This document shows positions 46,025 through 57,911 of a DNA stretch of 64,000 nt, one piece after another. The translations under genes were made by a program, and so were the position numbers. Positions within the stretch are counted from its first letter, which is position 1. Each line of letters opens with the position of its first letter. The notes under the pieces were generated by a model. The model searched no databases and was not told the origin of the DNA. It saw only the letters and a program-made list of their open reading frames with translations. The stretch is from Escherichia coli (GTDB lineage Bacteria; Pseudomonadota; Gammaproteobacteria; Enterobacterales; Enterobacteriaceae): NCBI RefSeq assembly GCF_022846255.1, contig NZ_AP025682.1; one strand, given 5' to 3'.

Positions 46025-49000
46025 TCACGGGGCGCGGTACACACCTAACCAGGGGTGATAACGCCAGTCATCGACCACATCTTCTTCACTGACGGGTACT
46101 CTCACCTCAGCAAACTTTTCCCCAACGCTTGCTATCTCACAACCTTGCTTATCAGCTAAATTCAACAAAACGTGTTGGTAATCCATCACGCCCCAGCAAG
46201 CGACACCGCTGGCGCATCTCACCTCTTCTCGCCTGAAATTCCCTTGCGCTTTACGCTCGTTGTCGCCCGTACGGGAATAGAAACGCGCTTCGCTTTCTTC
46301 ATCATCCATATGCAGAAAAAATACCGCCTCCGGCAAAGGGGAATAACGAAATGGCGTCTGGCGCTGTATCCAGCCGTTCCAGCTTAGCGGTGCACGCCAC
46401 CATTGCGCCGCCACCACATGTTTGCTTTTACTGCTCATCAATTCGGCGGATAAACGACTATGTTCTAGCTCCGCCAGTTTGTTGGCATTATTGGCAGACA
46501 GGATCCGCGGCAAGGCGTTAATCGTCCGGTAGTCCGCGATCGGAATCAGTTCGCAAATATCGTGGCTATTCAGCAAGTGTTCTTTTGTTTCGAAACCAGG
46601 CTTACAAAATGCGGGGGCTTTTTTCTGCAATGATTTGATATTGCTACGCAAAATAACCAGATTCTCACTGGTCGGCACATTTCTACGGTGGCGCTGAATA
46701 CGTCCGGCAAATTGAATTATCGAACGCATGGAGCTTGGTTCGATAATTCCCCAATCCGCATCCCAGTCACGCCCCACTTCTATAACCGATGTCCCCAACA
46801 CCACAAACAGATGGTGCGATTCCGGACGGTTATGTAAGGCATCTGCGATATCTTCGTTGTTCCAGAAATCGAGTTCGTTATGACGGGTAAAAGCGCGGTC
46901 CAGTCGCTTCTCAATATCTGAACGCACCGCCAGCGGGTGTCGGGAGTGGTAAACACAATAATGAATACAAACATTTTCTGGTGAAGGAATGGCAATCAGG
47001 GCTTTGGTCACTGCAACCAGTGGATTGATATTCGCGAAGCGCACCAGGCCCAGCGAAACGGTTTTACCGCTTTCGTGTAGCTGGCGATGCGCCTGATGCA
47101 ACTTCAGCATTTGCGTATGCACCGTCTGGGCCACACTTTCGGTAACATCCTGGATTGCAACTGATGCAGATGAAATCGAAGCAACACGCCCGAAATGCAG
47201 CCGCTCTTTTTCAGCCAGCATTACCGCCCGCCTGGCAACAAATTTTGTATGCGCATCGCGAAAGGCCGCTCCATCGCTAATTTGCGTGGCATCAGCATCG
47301 TTTTCGTCAAACCAGGCACAGCAAATATTGACGGGCCTGCCGTTGGTACCACAAGACGCCTGCCACATTTTACGCCCGGCAAGATAAGCCGCGAACAGCG
47401 CCTGAATCAGGCCTGGCGGAAGCGTCGCCGAAGAGAGTAACACCCGCGTTCCCAGCATCCCGGCCCAGTTCATCAAACGACATACCGCATGAAGATCAGC
47501 AATATCAAAGTCGTCGGGTTCGTCGAGCACTAAATCGCTGGTTAACAGACGCAACATCGCCGGAAGCTGTTTCCCGCCACGCACACCCTCGGTCGCGGAA
47601 ATAAGATGATCAATTGTCGCGACCAGAATCGGCGCGCTCACTAACGCCTTAAGTTTGCTGTCATCCTTCAACCATTTTTCCAGCGCCCCGGTATGCAGGC
47701 TGCCTTCGTACTTAACGAACTGTTGCTCCTCTGCCGGCGACTCTTGCGAGGCACTTCCACAATCATTGTCTATTTTTTCCTGCTGCCAGAGCTGTTTAAC
47801 TGCCGCCGAACCAATTAATACCGCCAGCTCATCCTCACCGAGTCCAAGTCGACTACGCAGAGCATCGCCGGTTTGCAAAGTCAGCGTACGCAATCCCAGC
47901 GCGACGGTAAAACGGCACCCTTCCCGCTCATCGGCAAGCGCATACATAATGCGGGCGTTCGCAAAGGTTTTACCGCACCCCGTCGAGGCCATATTAACGC
48001 CGAAAAATCCCTCCTCCCGGCTTCGTTCACGTAACGCTCGCGCCACATCCGAGGCTTTATCCTGCCAGCGATATTTCGCATCTGTAGCTCGCTGGCTAAA
48101 ACCTTTATGTCGGGCAATTGCCGGAAGAGAAGCCCGTGTGCGCATCAGCTGCCGCCCAAGCAAAAACGCATGATGTGCGACGCCGACCAGGTGCTCGTCC
48201 ACCCGTTGTTTGAGTGCGCCACTTTGCCTATCGCTATTTGCCCAGACGATATAATCCGGCTCCTGCCATTTTTGCTGCGCATCGCTTGAGGAATAGTAAT
48301 GATCGGCAAGCATCAGGCAAAAACGCGCCATATGTGAGGGGAACAACTGTTCCATCAGCCCGTATGTCTTTAAACCGAGCGCGTTACTTGCCCGGCGGGA
48401 AATCTGATGTGCTTTTTCTCGCCAGCTAGCACTCTGAAGCGGTGTTCCAGCCGGAAATTGCCAGACGTGCGCAAAATCCTGTTGTAACCAGTCATCTCTG
48501 CGGTGGTTAACGGCATTCCAGTCAGCATTAAGTTGCCTTTCCAGCCAACTTTCACACCCTTTGCAAGATTGTTCCGGTTGTGGCGAAAGATTCTCCGGAA
48601 TTCGATGATGGGAAAGGATCAGCCAACCTACCGTTTTGGCTAGCGGTTGCAGCGAAGTAAATGGGCTATCTGAAAATTGAGGCGTGTCTTTTAGCAGGCG
48701 TTCCAGAATCGCAGATTCATCATCTGCCGTAAGTTCGCCAAGCTTCGCCAGCCACACATCGTCGGGCCGATCACCGACAAACGCCTGAAAGAGCCGCAGT
48801 GAGATCCATTCATGTCGGTATGGTTGATAACTGCGGGCATTCTTTTGGGTCAGGCTTTGCTGAAAGCTGCGTCCGGATTTTCCAAAATCATGAAATAACC
48901 CGGCGATGGCTGCCAGCAGCGCAATGCTTTCCGCACATTGCCAGCGGTTTTCTTCCTTGTTCACCAGGCTGGTTTGCGTTGTGCGATTTGTGGGAACGCG

Positions 49001-49258
49001 CCCCTGAGCATTAAAACGACGAATATTACCCACAATCCACATCAACTCAATTTGTCCATTCTTCTTTAGCCAGTGACATGCCACTGCGGTATTTCGCCTG
49101 GCAGTTTTGCGCAGTAAACGGCGGAGTGTATTAACGCCTTCCAGAGTAATCACTGTTTGCCATGCGGCATCACCTGTACGTTCAGCAAACTGATCAATAA
49201 TACGGCAGCTTTCCACGCGGGCGTTTTTTGTACAGCGCGAGATAATCAGAACATTCAT
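46025..49258 (-). CDS. cas3: Type I-F Cas2-Cas3 fusion (Cas2 domain + HD nuclease + SF2 helicase)
   Basis: 1077-aa ORF; N-terminal Cas2-like region; HD motif LLAAIAGLFHDFGK; overlaps cas1 stop by 4 bp. Confidence 0.92.
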   Translation of the reverse strand: MNVLIISRCTKNARVESCRIIDQFAERTGDAAWQTVITLEGVNTLRRLLRKTARRNTAVACHWLKKNGQIELMWIVGNIRRFNAQGRVPTNRTTQTSLVNKEENRWQCAESIALLAAIAGLFHDFGKSGRSFQQSLTQKNARSYQPYRHEWISLRLFQAFVGDRPDDVWLAKLGELTADDESAILERLLKDTPQFSDSPFTSLQPLAKTVGWLILSHHRIPENLSPQPEQSCKGCESWLERQLNADWNAVNHRRDDWLQQDFAHVWQFPAGTPLQSASWREKAHQISRRASNALGLKTYGLMEQLFPSHMARFCLMLADHYYSSSDAQQKWQEPDYIVWANSDRQSGALKQRVDEHLVGVAHHAFLLGRQLMRTRASLPAIARHKGFSQRATDAKYRWQDKASDVARALRERSREEGFFGVNMASTGCGKTFANARIMYALADEREGCRFTVALGLRTLTLQTGDALRSRLGLGEDELAVLIGSAAVKQLWQQEKIDNDCGSASQESPAEEQQFVKYEGSLHTGALEKWLKDDSKLKALVSAPILVATIDHLISATEGVRGGKQLPAMLRLLTSDLVLDEPDDFDIADLHAVCRLMNWAGMLGTRVLLSSATLPPGLIQALFAAYLAGRKMWQASCGTNGRPVNICCAWFDENDADATQISDGAAFRDAHTKFVARRAVMLAEKERLHFGRVASISSASVAIQDVTESVAQTVHTQMLKLHQAHRQLHESGKTVSLGLVRFANINPLVAVTKALIAIPSPENVCIHYCVYHSRHPLAVRSDIEKRLDRAFTRHNELDFWNNEDIADALHNRPESHHLFVVLGTSVIEVGRDWDADWGIIEPSSMRSIIQFAGRIQRHRRNVPTSENLVILRSNIKSLQKKAPAFCKPGFETKEHLLNSHDICELIPIADYRTINALPRILSANNANKLAELEHSRLSAELMSSKSKHVVAAQWWRAPLSWNGWIQRQTPFRYSPLPEAVFFLHMDDEESEARFYSRTGDNERKAQGNFRREEVRCASGVACWGVMDYQHVLLNLADKQGCEIASVGEKFAEVRVPVSEEDVVDDWRYHPWLGVYRAP

Positions 49259-50244
49259 TGATCAGCCTTAGCCAGTGCCTGGGCAGTTTCCTGCAAAGAG
49301 GTGATCATGACATCCAGCGCATCCGTTTGTTGAAAGATATTGATGCAGCGTAGACGAAACTCCTGGGCATCTTCACCTGCCATCGCGGCGATAAATGCTT
49401 GCGGCATCACAAGGGCATCTTTAATCAGATCGGCAAGGTCAAAAACCAGCCCGCCGCGACGTGTTTTACCGTGCATTACTGCTAAACCGTGCGGGATCCC
49501 GGTTACCCACGCCGCCACTGCTGCCAGTCCATAAGCCAGATAATTCCCTTGATCGAGGAAGCGGTTGGCCATATCAATACCACCGCCCCGTTTTGCGCGA
49601 GTGAAATCGCCATACCCCACTGTTTGACTGACCATTTTGTATAACGCTTTAGTCAATTTGGCCTCTACGAGCATAAGCTGCGTATGGTTTTCTGCCGCGT
49701 CTATTTCTTCACGAGTACGATTCAGGAGGGTATGCAGCGCATTAACATCAGGTTGAAATGCGTGTTCACGCTGCATTTTCGAGCTGGACCAGTGCTTATC
49801 GATATGTGTCAGGCGGATTAACTGAAAACGTTTCGCGGCGGCAAGTCGTTTATCTTCAGCAAACCAAAAAGAAACCCACTGCTGGAGATACTCTGTAGGG
49901 CGATATTCACTTTGTGGGCTGAGCCAGGAGACATCAACATCCACTTCATTTGCCGAATACAGCGGCGTGCCATCCGTACCACAAAAGCCCACCATCACCC
50001 CGGCATGAGCAAATTCACGCATCGCCGCCTGAGTAACGGAAGTTCCCATTCCCAACATCAATGCCGTGGTATTCGCAATGGGGATATTCCAGTAGTACGA
50101 CTCTTTACCTTCGCTGGTGACATACTCCACCCGCCCACCATTCACCTGTACCCGGCATTTTTCCAGATAATAAATATTGGCGCGTTTGGAGTGGAGAATG
50201 GTTTTGAGATCGGAAGGCGTGAGGTAATTCGAAGACATAAACAC
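49255..50244 (-). CDS. cas1: Type I-F CRISPR integrase Cas1
   Basis: 329-aa ORF upstream of cas2-3, first gene of cas operon. Confidence 0.9.
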   Translation of the reverse strand: MFMSSNYLTPSDLKTILHSKRANIYYLEKCRVQVNGGRVEYVTSEGKESYYWNIPIANTTALMLGMGTSVTQAAMREFAHAGVMVGFCGTDGTPLYSANEVDVDVSWLSPQSEYRPTEYLQQWVSFWFAEDKRLAAAKRFQLIRLTHIDKHWSSSKMQREHAFQPDVNALHTLLNRTREEIDAAENHTQLMLVEAKLTKALYKMVSQTVGYGDFTRAKRGGGIDMANRFLDQGNYLAYGLAAVAAWVTGIPHGLAVMHGKTRRGGLVFDLADLIKDALVMPQAFIAAMAGEDAQEFRLRCINIFQQTDALDVMITSLQETAQALAKADQ

Positions 50245-50400
50245 ATCCTGTGATTATTTTATATTTGAAGGTATTGGGCTTAGTACAGCATTGATTTATG
50301 TGCTGAAAATTGATTTCTGTCGCAATTATTACGATTGTTATTGTATGCTGAAGCTAATGGTTTGAAGTTGAGAGCGTCATGATATGACCAAACGTCTACC

Positions 50401-51268
50401 ATTATCGTATTGTGAAACTACCTGTACGGCAGTGAACCGCGTAGAGCTGCTGCGCAAACTCGACACTCATTTCTAAGCTGCCTGTACGGCAGTGAACCCT
50501 CGTTCATCAAGGTGCTCAAAGCTTGACATTTTCTAAGCTGCCTGTACGGCAGTGAACGCCAAGAACGCTGTTACCGCTTCCCTGTGCGCTTTCTAAGCTG
50601 TCTGTACGGCAGTGAACCCAGATTGCCGAAAACATCGCCTTTGATGAACTTTCTAAGCTGCCTGTACGGCAGTGAACGGGCGCGGTGTCGTCCAGGATTT
50701 GGAGGCAACTTTCTAAGCTGCCTGTACGGCAGTGAACAACAGGTCGTCCAGCGCATCCCACGGATCCGGTTTCTAAGCTGCCTGTACGGCAGTGAACATC
50801 GCGCACACGCAGTCTTACATTTGCCACCATTTCTAAGCTGCCTGTACGGCAGTGAACGAGTGATTATTATGGCCCAATCGGACGATGACTTTCTAAGCTG
50901 CCTGTACGGCAGTGAACCTCCACCCGTGGTAAGCAGAAAGGGCCGTAACTTTCTAAGCTGCCTGTACGGCAGTGAACTGATCTGTTGCGATACTGACAGT
51001 ATCGTTAGCTTTCTAAGCTGCCTGTACGGCAGTGAACTGTTTTTTTGACGTGTAAACCGGGCGGTTTTTTTTCTAAGCTGCCTGTACGGCAGTGAACATC
51101 TCCGTATTTACTGTCCTCCCTGCTATCCATTTCTAAGCTGCCTGTACGGCAGTGAACTGCCAGTTTCGAAAACGTGCAGCAAATGCAGTTTTCTAAGCTG
51201 CCTGTACGGCAGTGAACTACCTTAATTTGAAATGAACCTTTGCCGCATATTTCTAAGCTGCCTGTACG
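50401..51268 (-). CRISPR. Type I-F CRISPR array B: 15 repeats, 14 spacers
   Basis: same 28-bp repeat at exact 60-bp period, 32-bp spacers; degenerate terminal repeat at 50401..50428 next to cas1; repeat at 50581 has a stem substitution. Confidence 0.97.
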
Positions 51269-51431
51269 GCAGTGAACTCAAATACTACACGTTTAGCTCG
51301 TTGTTGATAAAGAAAAATCATCTCATTTTCCTGCTGCCACCCTTTTTTATTCTTACCTTCCAGCACCATTAATTATCAACAACTTACCTTCACCTCCAAA
51401 AATAGGGTTTTCACCGTTCCCCCCTACAAAC

Positions 51432-51465
51432 AAAAAGTCCGTAACCTCTTTCGAGATTACGGACT
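51432..51465 (-). terminator. Rho-independent terminator after clpA
   Basis: gtccgtaa...ttacggac hairpin followed on minus strand by TTTTGTTT. Confidence 0.65.
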
Positions 51466-51489
51466 TCACCAACCTACCTAACAATTAGA

Positions 51490-53766
51490 TTAATGCGCTG
51501 CTTCCGCCTTGTGCTTTTGTGCACTCTGGAATCCGTAAGTCAGCTCATTTTTATCTTTATCCAGCGCAACCGTCACCTGACCGCCGTCCACCAGCGAACC
51601 AAACAACAGTTCGTTGGCGAGCGGTTTTTTCAGGTTGTCCTGGATGACACGCGCCATCGGACGTGCGCCCATTGCCCGGTCGTAACCTTTCTCGGCCAGC
51701 CAGTTACGCGCTTCCTGGCTCACTTCCAGAGAAACACCTTTCTGATCCAGCTGAACCTGCAACTCGACGATGAATTTATCCACTACCTGATGGATCACGT
51801 CGGTGGAGAGATGATCGAACCAGATAATGTTGTCGAGACGGTTACGAAACTCCGGCGTAAAGATCTTCTTGATCTCTTCCATCGCATCAGTGCTGTTGTC
51901 CTGGTGGATAAGACCAATCGATTTACGCTCAGTTTCTCGTACCCCAGCGTTGGTGGTCATCACCAATACCACGTTACGGAAGTCCGCTTTGCGTCCGTTG
52001 TTATCGGTCAGCGTACCGTTGTCCATCACCTGCAACAGAATATTGAACACGTCCGGATGCGCTTTCTCGATTTCGTCCAGCAGCAGTACCGCGTGCGGAT
52101 GCTTGATGACCGCATCGGTCAGCAGCCCCCCCTGATCAAAACCAACGTATCCCGGAGGCGCACCAATCAGACGGCTGACGGTATGGCGTTCCATATACTC
52201 GGACATATCAAAGCGCAGAAGCTCAATGCCCAAAGCTTTCGAAAGCTGTACCGTCACCTCTGTTTTCCCGACCCCGGTAGGACCGGCAAACAGGAACGAA
52301 CCGACCGGTTTATGTTCGTGACCTAAACCTGCACGCGCCATCTTAATGGCTTCAGTCAGCGCCTCAATGGCTTTATCCTGACCGAAGACCAGCATTTTCA
52401 GGCGATCGCCGAGGTTTTTCAGGGTATCGCGGTCACTCTGCGAAACACTCTTCTCTGGAATGCGCGCAATACGGGCCACCACGGACTCAATATCCGCCAC
52501 ATTAACGGTTTTCTTGCGTTTGCTTACCGGCATCAGGCGTGCGCGAGCGCCCGCTTCGTCGATAACGTCAATGGCTTTATCCGGCAGATGACGATCGTTA
52601 ATGTATTTCACCGCCAGCTCTACCGCTGCACGCACCGCTTTTGCGGTATAACGCACGTCGTGGTGCGCTTCATACTTCGGTTTCAGGCCATTGATGATCT
52701 GTACGGTTTCTTCTATCGACGGTTCAGTAATATCAATTTTCTGGAAGCGACGCGCCAGAGCACGGTCTTTCTCGAAAATGTTGCTGAACTCCTGATAGGT
52801 TGTCGAACCAATTACGCGGATTTTACCGCTGGAGAGCAACGGTTTAATCAGGTTAGCCGCATCGACCTGGCCACCAGACGCTGCACCCGCACCGATAATG
52901 GTGTGGATCTCATCAATAAACAGGATGCTGTTAGTGTCCTGCTCCAACTGCTTGAGCAACGCTTTAAAACGTTTTTCAAAGTCGCCGCGATATTTTGTGC
53001 CCGCTAACAGAGAACCGATATCGAGAGAGTAAATCGTACAGTCAGCCATCACTTCCGGCACATCGCCCTGAACAATTCGCCAGGCAAGCCCCTCCGCAAT
53101 CGCGGTTTTACCGACACCAGACTCCCCCACCAGCAGCGGGTTGTTTTTACGGCGACGGCAGAGAACCTGAATAGCACGCTCCAGCTCCTTCTCACGACCA
53201 ATCAGTGGGTCGATTCCGCCCACTCGCGCAAGCTGATTCAGGTTCGTCGTGAAATTCTCCATACGTTCCTCCCCACCAGCTTGTTCTTCGCTGTTTGGCT
53301 GGCTGCCAGGATCAGAAGACTGTGTCGGCTCGTCTTTACGCGTGCCATGAGAGATAAAGTTCACCACATCGAGACGGCTGACTTCATGTTTGCGCAACAG
53401 ATATGCCGCCTGCGACTCCTGTTCGCTAAAGATAGCGACCAGAACGTTTGCACCGGTAACCTCATTGCGACCGGAGGACTGGACATGGAAGACCGCACGT
53501 TGCAGTACACGCTGAAAACTCAGCGTCGGCTGTGTGTCGCGCTCCTCTTCACTGGCAGGCAGAACGGGTGTGGTTTGTTCAATAAAGGCTTCCAGTTCCT
53601 GACGGAGCGCAACCAAATCCACAGAACACGCTTCCAGCGCCTCCCGGGCAGATGGGTTACTGAGCAGCGCCAGTAACAAGTGCTCGACGGTCATAAACTC
53701 ATGACGGTGCTCGCGCGCTCTGGCGAAAGCCATATTTAAACTGAGTTCCAGTTCTTGATTGAGCAT
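51490..53766 (-). CDS. clpA: ATP-dependent Clp protease ATP-binding subunit ClpA
   Basis: ORF 51490..53781; start at [23 protein letters not shown] (758 aa); two AAA+ modules. Confidence 0.96.
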   Translation of the reverse strand: MLNQELELSLNMAFARAREHRHEFMTVEHLLLALLSNPSAREALEACSVDLVALRQELEAFIEQTTPVLPASEEERDTQPTLSFQRVLQRAVFHVQSSGRNEVTGANVLVAIFSEQESQAAYLLRKHEVSRLDVVNFISHGTRKDEPTQSSDPGSQPNSEEQAGGEERMENFTTNLNQLARVGGIDPLIGREKELERAIQVLCRRRKNNPLLVGESGVGKTAIAEGLAWRIVQGDVPEVMADCTIYSLDIGSLLAGTKYRGDFEKRFKALLKQLEQDTNSILFIDEIHTIIGAGAASGGQVDAANLIKPLLSSGKIRVIGSTTYQEFSNIFEKDRALARRFQKIDITEPSIEETVQIINGLKPKYEAHHDVRYTAKAVRAAVELAVKYINDRHLPDKAIDVIDEAGARARLMPVSKRKKTVNVADIESVVARIARIPEKSVSQSDRDTLKNLGDRLKMLVFGQDKAIEALTEAIKMARAGLGHEHKPVGSFLFAGPTGVGKTEVTVQLSKALGIELLRFDMSEYMERHTVSRLIGAPPGYVGFDQGGLLTDAVIKHPHAVLLLDEIEKAHPDVFNILLQVMDNGTLTDNNGRKADFRNVVLVMTTNAGVRETERKSIGLIHQDNSTDAMEEIKKIFTPEFRNRLDNIIWFDHLSTDVIHQVVDKFIVELQVQLDQKGVSLEVSQEARNWLAEKGYDRAMGARPMARVIQDNLKKPLANELLFGSLVDGGQVTVALDKDKNELTYGFQSAQKHKAEAAH

Positions 53767-53796
53767 AGGCACCTCCCCCAATTTTTATGCCTGCAT

Positions 53797-54117
53797 TCAG
53801 GCTTTTTCTAGCGTACACAGCAATGGATGCTCATTCTCCCTCGCGTACTTGTTCACCATCGCCACTTTGGTTTCTGCAACCTCAGCGGTAAAGACTCCGC
53901 AAATGGCCTTCCCCTGGTAGTGAACAGCGAGCATCAATTGCGTTGCACGTTCTACATCATAAGAAAAGAATTTTTGTAACACGTCAATAACAAACTCCAT
54001 CGGAGTATAATCATCATTGACTAATATCACTTTATACATAGATGGCGGTTTTAGCGCGTCGCGAACTTTTTCTTCCGCCAGTTGATCAAAGTCCAGCCAG
54101 TCGTTCGTTTTACCCAT
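53797..54117 (-). CDS. clpS: ClpA adaptor protein ClpS
   Basis: 106-aa [46 protein letters not shown]... Confidence 0.96.
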
Positions 54118-54439
54118 TGTCAGTTATCATCTTCGGTTACGGTTATCGGCAGAACGCCCTGCCGCTGACAAGAGCTTATTTGCCTGACCAATCTACTCCA
54201 CATGATAGATAACTATCATCTATCGTTGGCATCAGCGACATCTGTCACATTCCTGTCAATAGCGTTAACTGCTTCAAATTTTTGATTCATACCTGCCCCC
54301 TGGCCCCTGTCAAATGCTTGACGGCTCGCCCTAATTCTCTAAATTGTATTTCTAGAGTTGGCGAGGTTTTGAACAGCCCCCTCTCTGACCCCGGTTTATT
54401 CCATCTTACTTGTATAAGATTTGCGAAGGATGTCGAAGC

Positions 54440-54664
54440 ATGGAAAAGGGTACTGTTAAGTGGTTCAACAATGCCAAAGGGTTTGGTTTCATCTGCCCTG
54501 AAGGCGGCGGCGAAGATATTTTCGCTCATTATTCCACCATTCAGATGGATGGTTACAGAACGCTAAAAGCTGGACAATCCGTTCAGTTTGATGTCCACCA
54601 GGGGCCAAAAGGCAATCACGCCAGTGTTATTGTGCCCGTCGAAGTAGAAGCGGCAGTCGCGTAG
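54440..54664 (+). CDS. cspD: Cold-shock-domain protein CspD
   Basis: ORF 54410..54664; start at MEKGTVKWFNNAKGFGFI (74 aa). Confidence 0.95.
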   Translation: MEKGTVKWFNNAKGFGFICPEGGGEDIFAHYSTIQMDGYRTLKAGQSVQFDVHQGPKGNHASVIVPVEVEAAVA

Positions 54665-54697
54665 CTCTTCTGTCTCATTGTGTACATCCTAAAGGCA

Positions 54698-54730
54698 AAA
54701 TGCCAGCCCGATCGGCTGGCATTTTTATCC
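54698..54730. terminator. Bidirectional terminator between cspD and macB
   Basis: aaatgccagcc-cgat-cggctggcattttt hairpin. Confidence 0.7.
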
Positions 54731-54738
54731 CAAACAAA

Positions 54739-56685
54739 TTACTCTCGTGCCAGAGCATCTACTGGATCCAGTCGTGCCGCATTTCGTGCGGGTAACCAGC
54801 CAAATAAAATCCCGGTGACCGTCGAGCAAAGAAACGCCAGCAGCAGTGCCAACGGTGAAAAACCAATCTCCCAGCCGGGTAAGAAAAGCTGCAAGGTGAA
54901 AGCAATTAACAGTGACAGTGTTATTCCCAACGCGCCACCAACCAGGCAAACCAGTACGGCTTCGATCAAAAACTGTTGCAAAACATCGCTTGCTCGCGCA
55001 CCTACAGCCATGCGAATGCCAATTTCCCGCGTCCGCTCGGTCACTGACACCAGCATAATATTCATTACACCAATACCGCCCACCACCAGCGAAATCACCG
55101 CAACCAGCGTCAGAAACAGTTGTAAAGTACGTGTGGTCTTTTCAACGGTTTTCAAGACGCCATCCATGTTCCAGGTAAAGAAATCCTTCTTACCGTGGCG
55201 CAGTGAAAGTAAACGCGTGAGTTGCTGTTCCGCCTCAGCGCTGTCAAAGCCTTCTTTCACCCTGACAGTAATGGAGTTCAGCCACGACTGCCCCATAACT
55301 CGCCCGGACATCGTGCTGTATGGCAGCCAGACACGCAGCACTTTACTGCTACCAAACATCGACTGTTTTTCTTCCGCCACACCAATGACTCTGGCGGGCA
55401 TATTGCCGACCAGAATCACCTCGCCAACCACATCTGCTTTATGGGGGAAAAGCTGGCGGCGAGTATTACTGTCGAGAACCACGACCTGCGCACGACCGTT
55501 CAGCTGCTCCTGATTAAAGGTGTTCCCTTCACTGAAGGTCATGCCATAGACATTAAAATAATCGCCGCTCACGCCATTGGCACTGGCAGCCACATCAACA
55601 TTGTTATAACGCAGGCGCAGGTTTTGCGAGACGGCGGGCGTGGCAGAGGCAACCCACGGTTGTTTTTGGATGGCGATTAAGTCGTCGTACTTCAGCGCCT
55701 GCTGATATTGCGGATCGTCATCGCCAAAATCTTTCCCGGGATAGACATCAATAGTATTCGTACCAATAGAACGAATATCCGCCAGCACCATTTGTTTAGC
55801 GGCGTCGCCCACCACGACAATGGAAACCACCGACGCAATACCGATAATAATCCCCAGCATGGTCAGTAAAGTACGCATTTTATTCGCTGCCAGCGCCCGC
55901 CATGCCATCGTCAGCGCCTCGTTAAAACCGCTGACAAACTGCCGCCAGCCAGACGCCGTGTTGACAACAGGTTCCGTTCCGCCAGTAGCATTCACTTTTT
56001 CAACGGCGGGAGGATTGCGCACAATTTCGCCGTCGCGAATTTCGATCACCCGCTCGGCCTGAGCAGCAACCTGCGGATCGTGGGTGACGATAATCACCGT
56101 ATGCCCGCGATCGCGCAGCTGATGCAGGATCGCCATCACCTCTTCGCCAGAATGGCTGTCCAGTGCGCCGGTCGGTTCATCGGCAAGAATTACCTGACCG
56201 CCGTTCATCAATGCCCGCGCGATACTGACGCGCTGTTGCTGGCCACCCGAAAGCTGTGCCGGGTAATACTCTGTACGGTCTTCCAGCCCCAGTCGTTGCA
56301 GTAACTCCTGGGCGCGAAGCAGCCGCTGTTTCCGCTCAAGACCGGCATAGACGGCGGGTACTTCAACGTTCTGCTCGGCGGTTAAATGCGAAAGCAAATG
56401 GTAACGCTGGAAAATAAAGCCGAAATGCTCGCGGCGCAGTTGCGCCAGCGCATCGGCGTCCAGCGTGGCAACATCCTGACCGGCGACGCGATAGGTGCCG
56501 CTGGTGGCCTTATCCAGGCAGCCGAGAATATTCATCAGGGTCGATTTACCGGAACCCGAAGCGCCGACAATCGCCACCATCTCACCGGCATAAATATCGA
56601 GGCTGATGCCCTTCAGCACCTCAACCTGCTCATCACCGGCAGGATAGCTGCGACGAATATCCTTTAATTCGAGCAAGGGCGTCAT
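54739..56685 (-). CDS. macB: Macrolide export ABC transporter ATPase/permease MacB
   Basis: 648-aa ORF, N-terminal NBD (GASGSGKST) and C-terminal FtsX-like permease. Confidence 0.95.
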   Translation of the reverse strand: MTPLLELKDIRRSYPAGDEQVEVLKGISLDIYAGEMVAIVGASGSGKSTLMNILGCLDKATSGTYRVAGQDVATLDADALAQLRREHFGFIFQRYHLLSHLTAEQNVEVPAVYAGLERKQRLLRAQELLQRLGLEDRTEYYPAQLSGGQQQRVSIARALMNGGQVILADEPTGALDSHSGEEVMAILHQLRDRGHTVIIVTHDPQVAAQAERVIEIRDGEIVRNPPAVEKVNATGGTEPVVNTASGWRQFVSGFNEALTMAWRALAANKMRTLLTMLGIIIGIASVVSIVVVGDAAKQMVLADIRSIGTNTIDVYPGKDFGDDDPQYQQALKYDDLIAIQKQPWVASATPAVSQNLRLRYNNVDVAASANGVSGDYFNVYGMTFSEGNTFNQEQLNGRAQVVVLDSNTRRQLFPHKADVVGEVILVGNMPARVIGVAEEKQSMFGSSKVLRVWLPYSTMSGRVMGQSWLNSITVRVKEGFDSAEAEQQLTRLLSLRHGKKDFFTWNMDGVLKTVEKTTRTLQLFLTLVAVISLVVGGIGVMNIMLVSVTERTREIGIRMAVGARASDVLQQFLIEAVLVCLVGGALGITLSLLIAFTLQLFLPGWEIGFSPLALLLAFLCSTVTGILFGWLPARNAARLDPVDALARE

Positions 56686-57797
56686 TGCGCAGCTCCTGGT
56701 TTGGCCTCACCAATCACCACTTCATCGCCCGCTTCCAGCCCTTTGACAATCTCAACATCGGTATCGTTACGTGCGCCAATCGTCACTTCACGCTCGCGTG
56801 TTTCACCATTACGCAACAATTTGACTTTATAACGATTATCGCCAACCGGATCGCCTAACGCCGACAGAGGGATCGTCAGCACATTTTTCACATCGGTGAG
56901 CTGAATATGCACTTGCGCGGTCATATCCAGCCGCAGTAAACCATTGGGGTTGGGTACTTCAAAACGGGCGTAATAGAAAATAGCGTCGTTAATCTTTTCC
57001 GGCGTCGGTAGCACATCCTTGATTTGCCCCTCGTAGCGCGTCAGTGGATCGCCAAGCACCGTAAACCAGGCTTTTTGCCCCGGCTTCAGGTGGATTACAT
57101 CCGCTTCAGAAACCTGCGCTTTTACCAGCATGGTGCTCATATCTGCCAGCGTCAGAATGTTCGGTGCTTGTTGTGCGGCAATCACCGTCTGGCCTTGCAG
57201 AGTGGTGATTTGCGTGACTTCCCCGGCCATCGGGGCAACGATGCGGGTGTAATCGAGATTGGTTTTAGCCGTATCGAGAGAGGCCTGATTGCGCTTGATT
57301 TGCGCGTCAATGGTGCCAATTTGCGCCTGTTTCACAGCCATCTCCGTCGCGGCGTTATCGAGATCCTGCTGTGAAACCGCTTGCGTTTGTGCAAGACGTT
57401 GCTGACGGGAATACGTCACCCGCGCCAGTTTCAGCTCCGCTTCCGCCTGCTGCCGCTGCGCGCGTAGCTCCATCAGCGTTGCTTCCACCTCCTTGATCTG
57501 GTTTTCAGCCTGTTCAGGATCAATAACCCCTAAAAGCTGGTCTTTTTTTACTTTATCGCCAATCGCCACCGACAGCGTTTTCAACTGACCGCTGACCTGC
57601 GCGCCCACGTCAACCTTACGCAGCGCGTCCAGCTTTCCGGTCGCCAGCACGCTTTGCTGTAAATCACCGGGGCGCACAATCAGCGTCTGATAAGTCGGCA
57701 CCGGTGCGTTAAGAATTCTCCATAACGTAATCAGCCCGGCGATGACTAACACCATCGCAATAACGTAACGCTTCTTCACGGTTTTCCGCTTTTTCAT
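56682..57797 (-). CDS. macA: Macrolide export periplasmic adaptor MacA
   Basis: ORF 56682..57824; start at [18 protein letters not shown]; overlaps macB start by 4 bp. Confidence 0.93.
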   Translation of the reverse strand: MKKRKTVKKRYVIAMVLVIAGLITLWRILNAPVPTYQTLIVRPGDLQQSVLATGKLDALRKVDVGAQVSGQLKTLSVAIGDKVKKDQLLGVIDPEQAENQIKEVEATLMELRAQRQQAEAELKLARVTYSRQQRLAQTQAVSQQDLDNAATEMAVKQAQIGTIDAQIKRNQASLDTAKTNLDYTRIVAPMAGEVTQITTLQGQTVIAAQQAPNILTLADMSTMLVKAQVSEADVIHLKPGQKAWFTVLGDPLTRYEGQIKDVLPTPEKINDAIFYYARFEVPNPNGLLRLDMTAQVHIQLTDVKNVLTIPLSALGDPVGDNRYKVKLLRNGETREREVTIGARNDTDVEIVKGLEAGDEVVIGEAKPGAAQ

Positions 57798-57911
57798 AAA
57801 TATTCTGAATACTCCATATGCCAATCCGGGTCATTAACTTCAACGAAATATCAACAAAATCCTAAAATTTACGTTAGTAATCACACTATTGATGTTTGGT
57901 TAAGATACGCA

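Noticed and set aside
46015-46037. GC-rich hairpin at the cas2-3 stop codon as an intrinsic terminator
   Set aside because: No T-run follows it on either strand, so it is not a canonical Rho-independent terminator; noted only as structure adjacent to the psi-repeat.
50516-51048. ORFs 50516..50830(-), 50571..50756(-), 50584..51048(+) with the same periodic motifs
   Set aside because: Translation artefacts of CRISPR array B.
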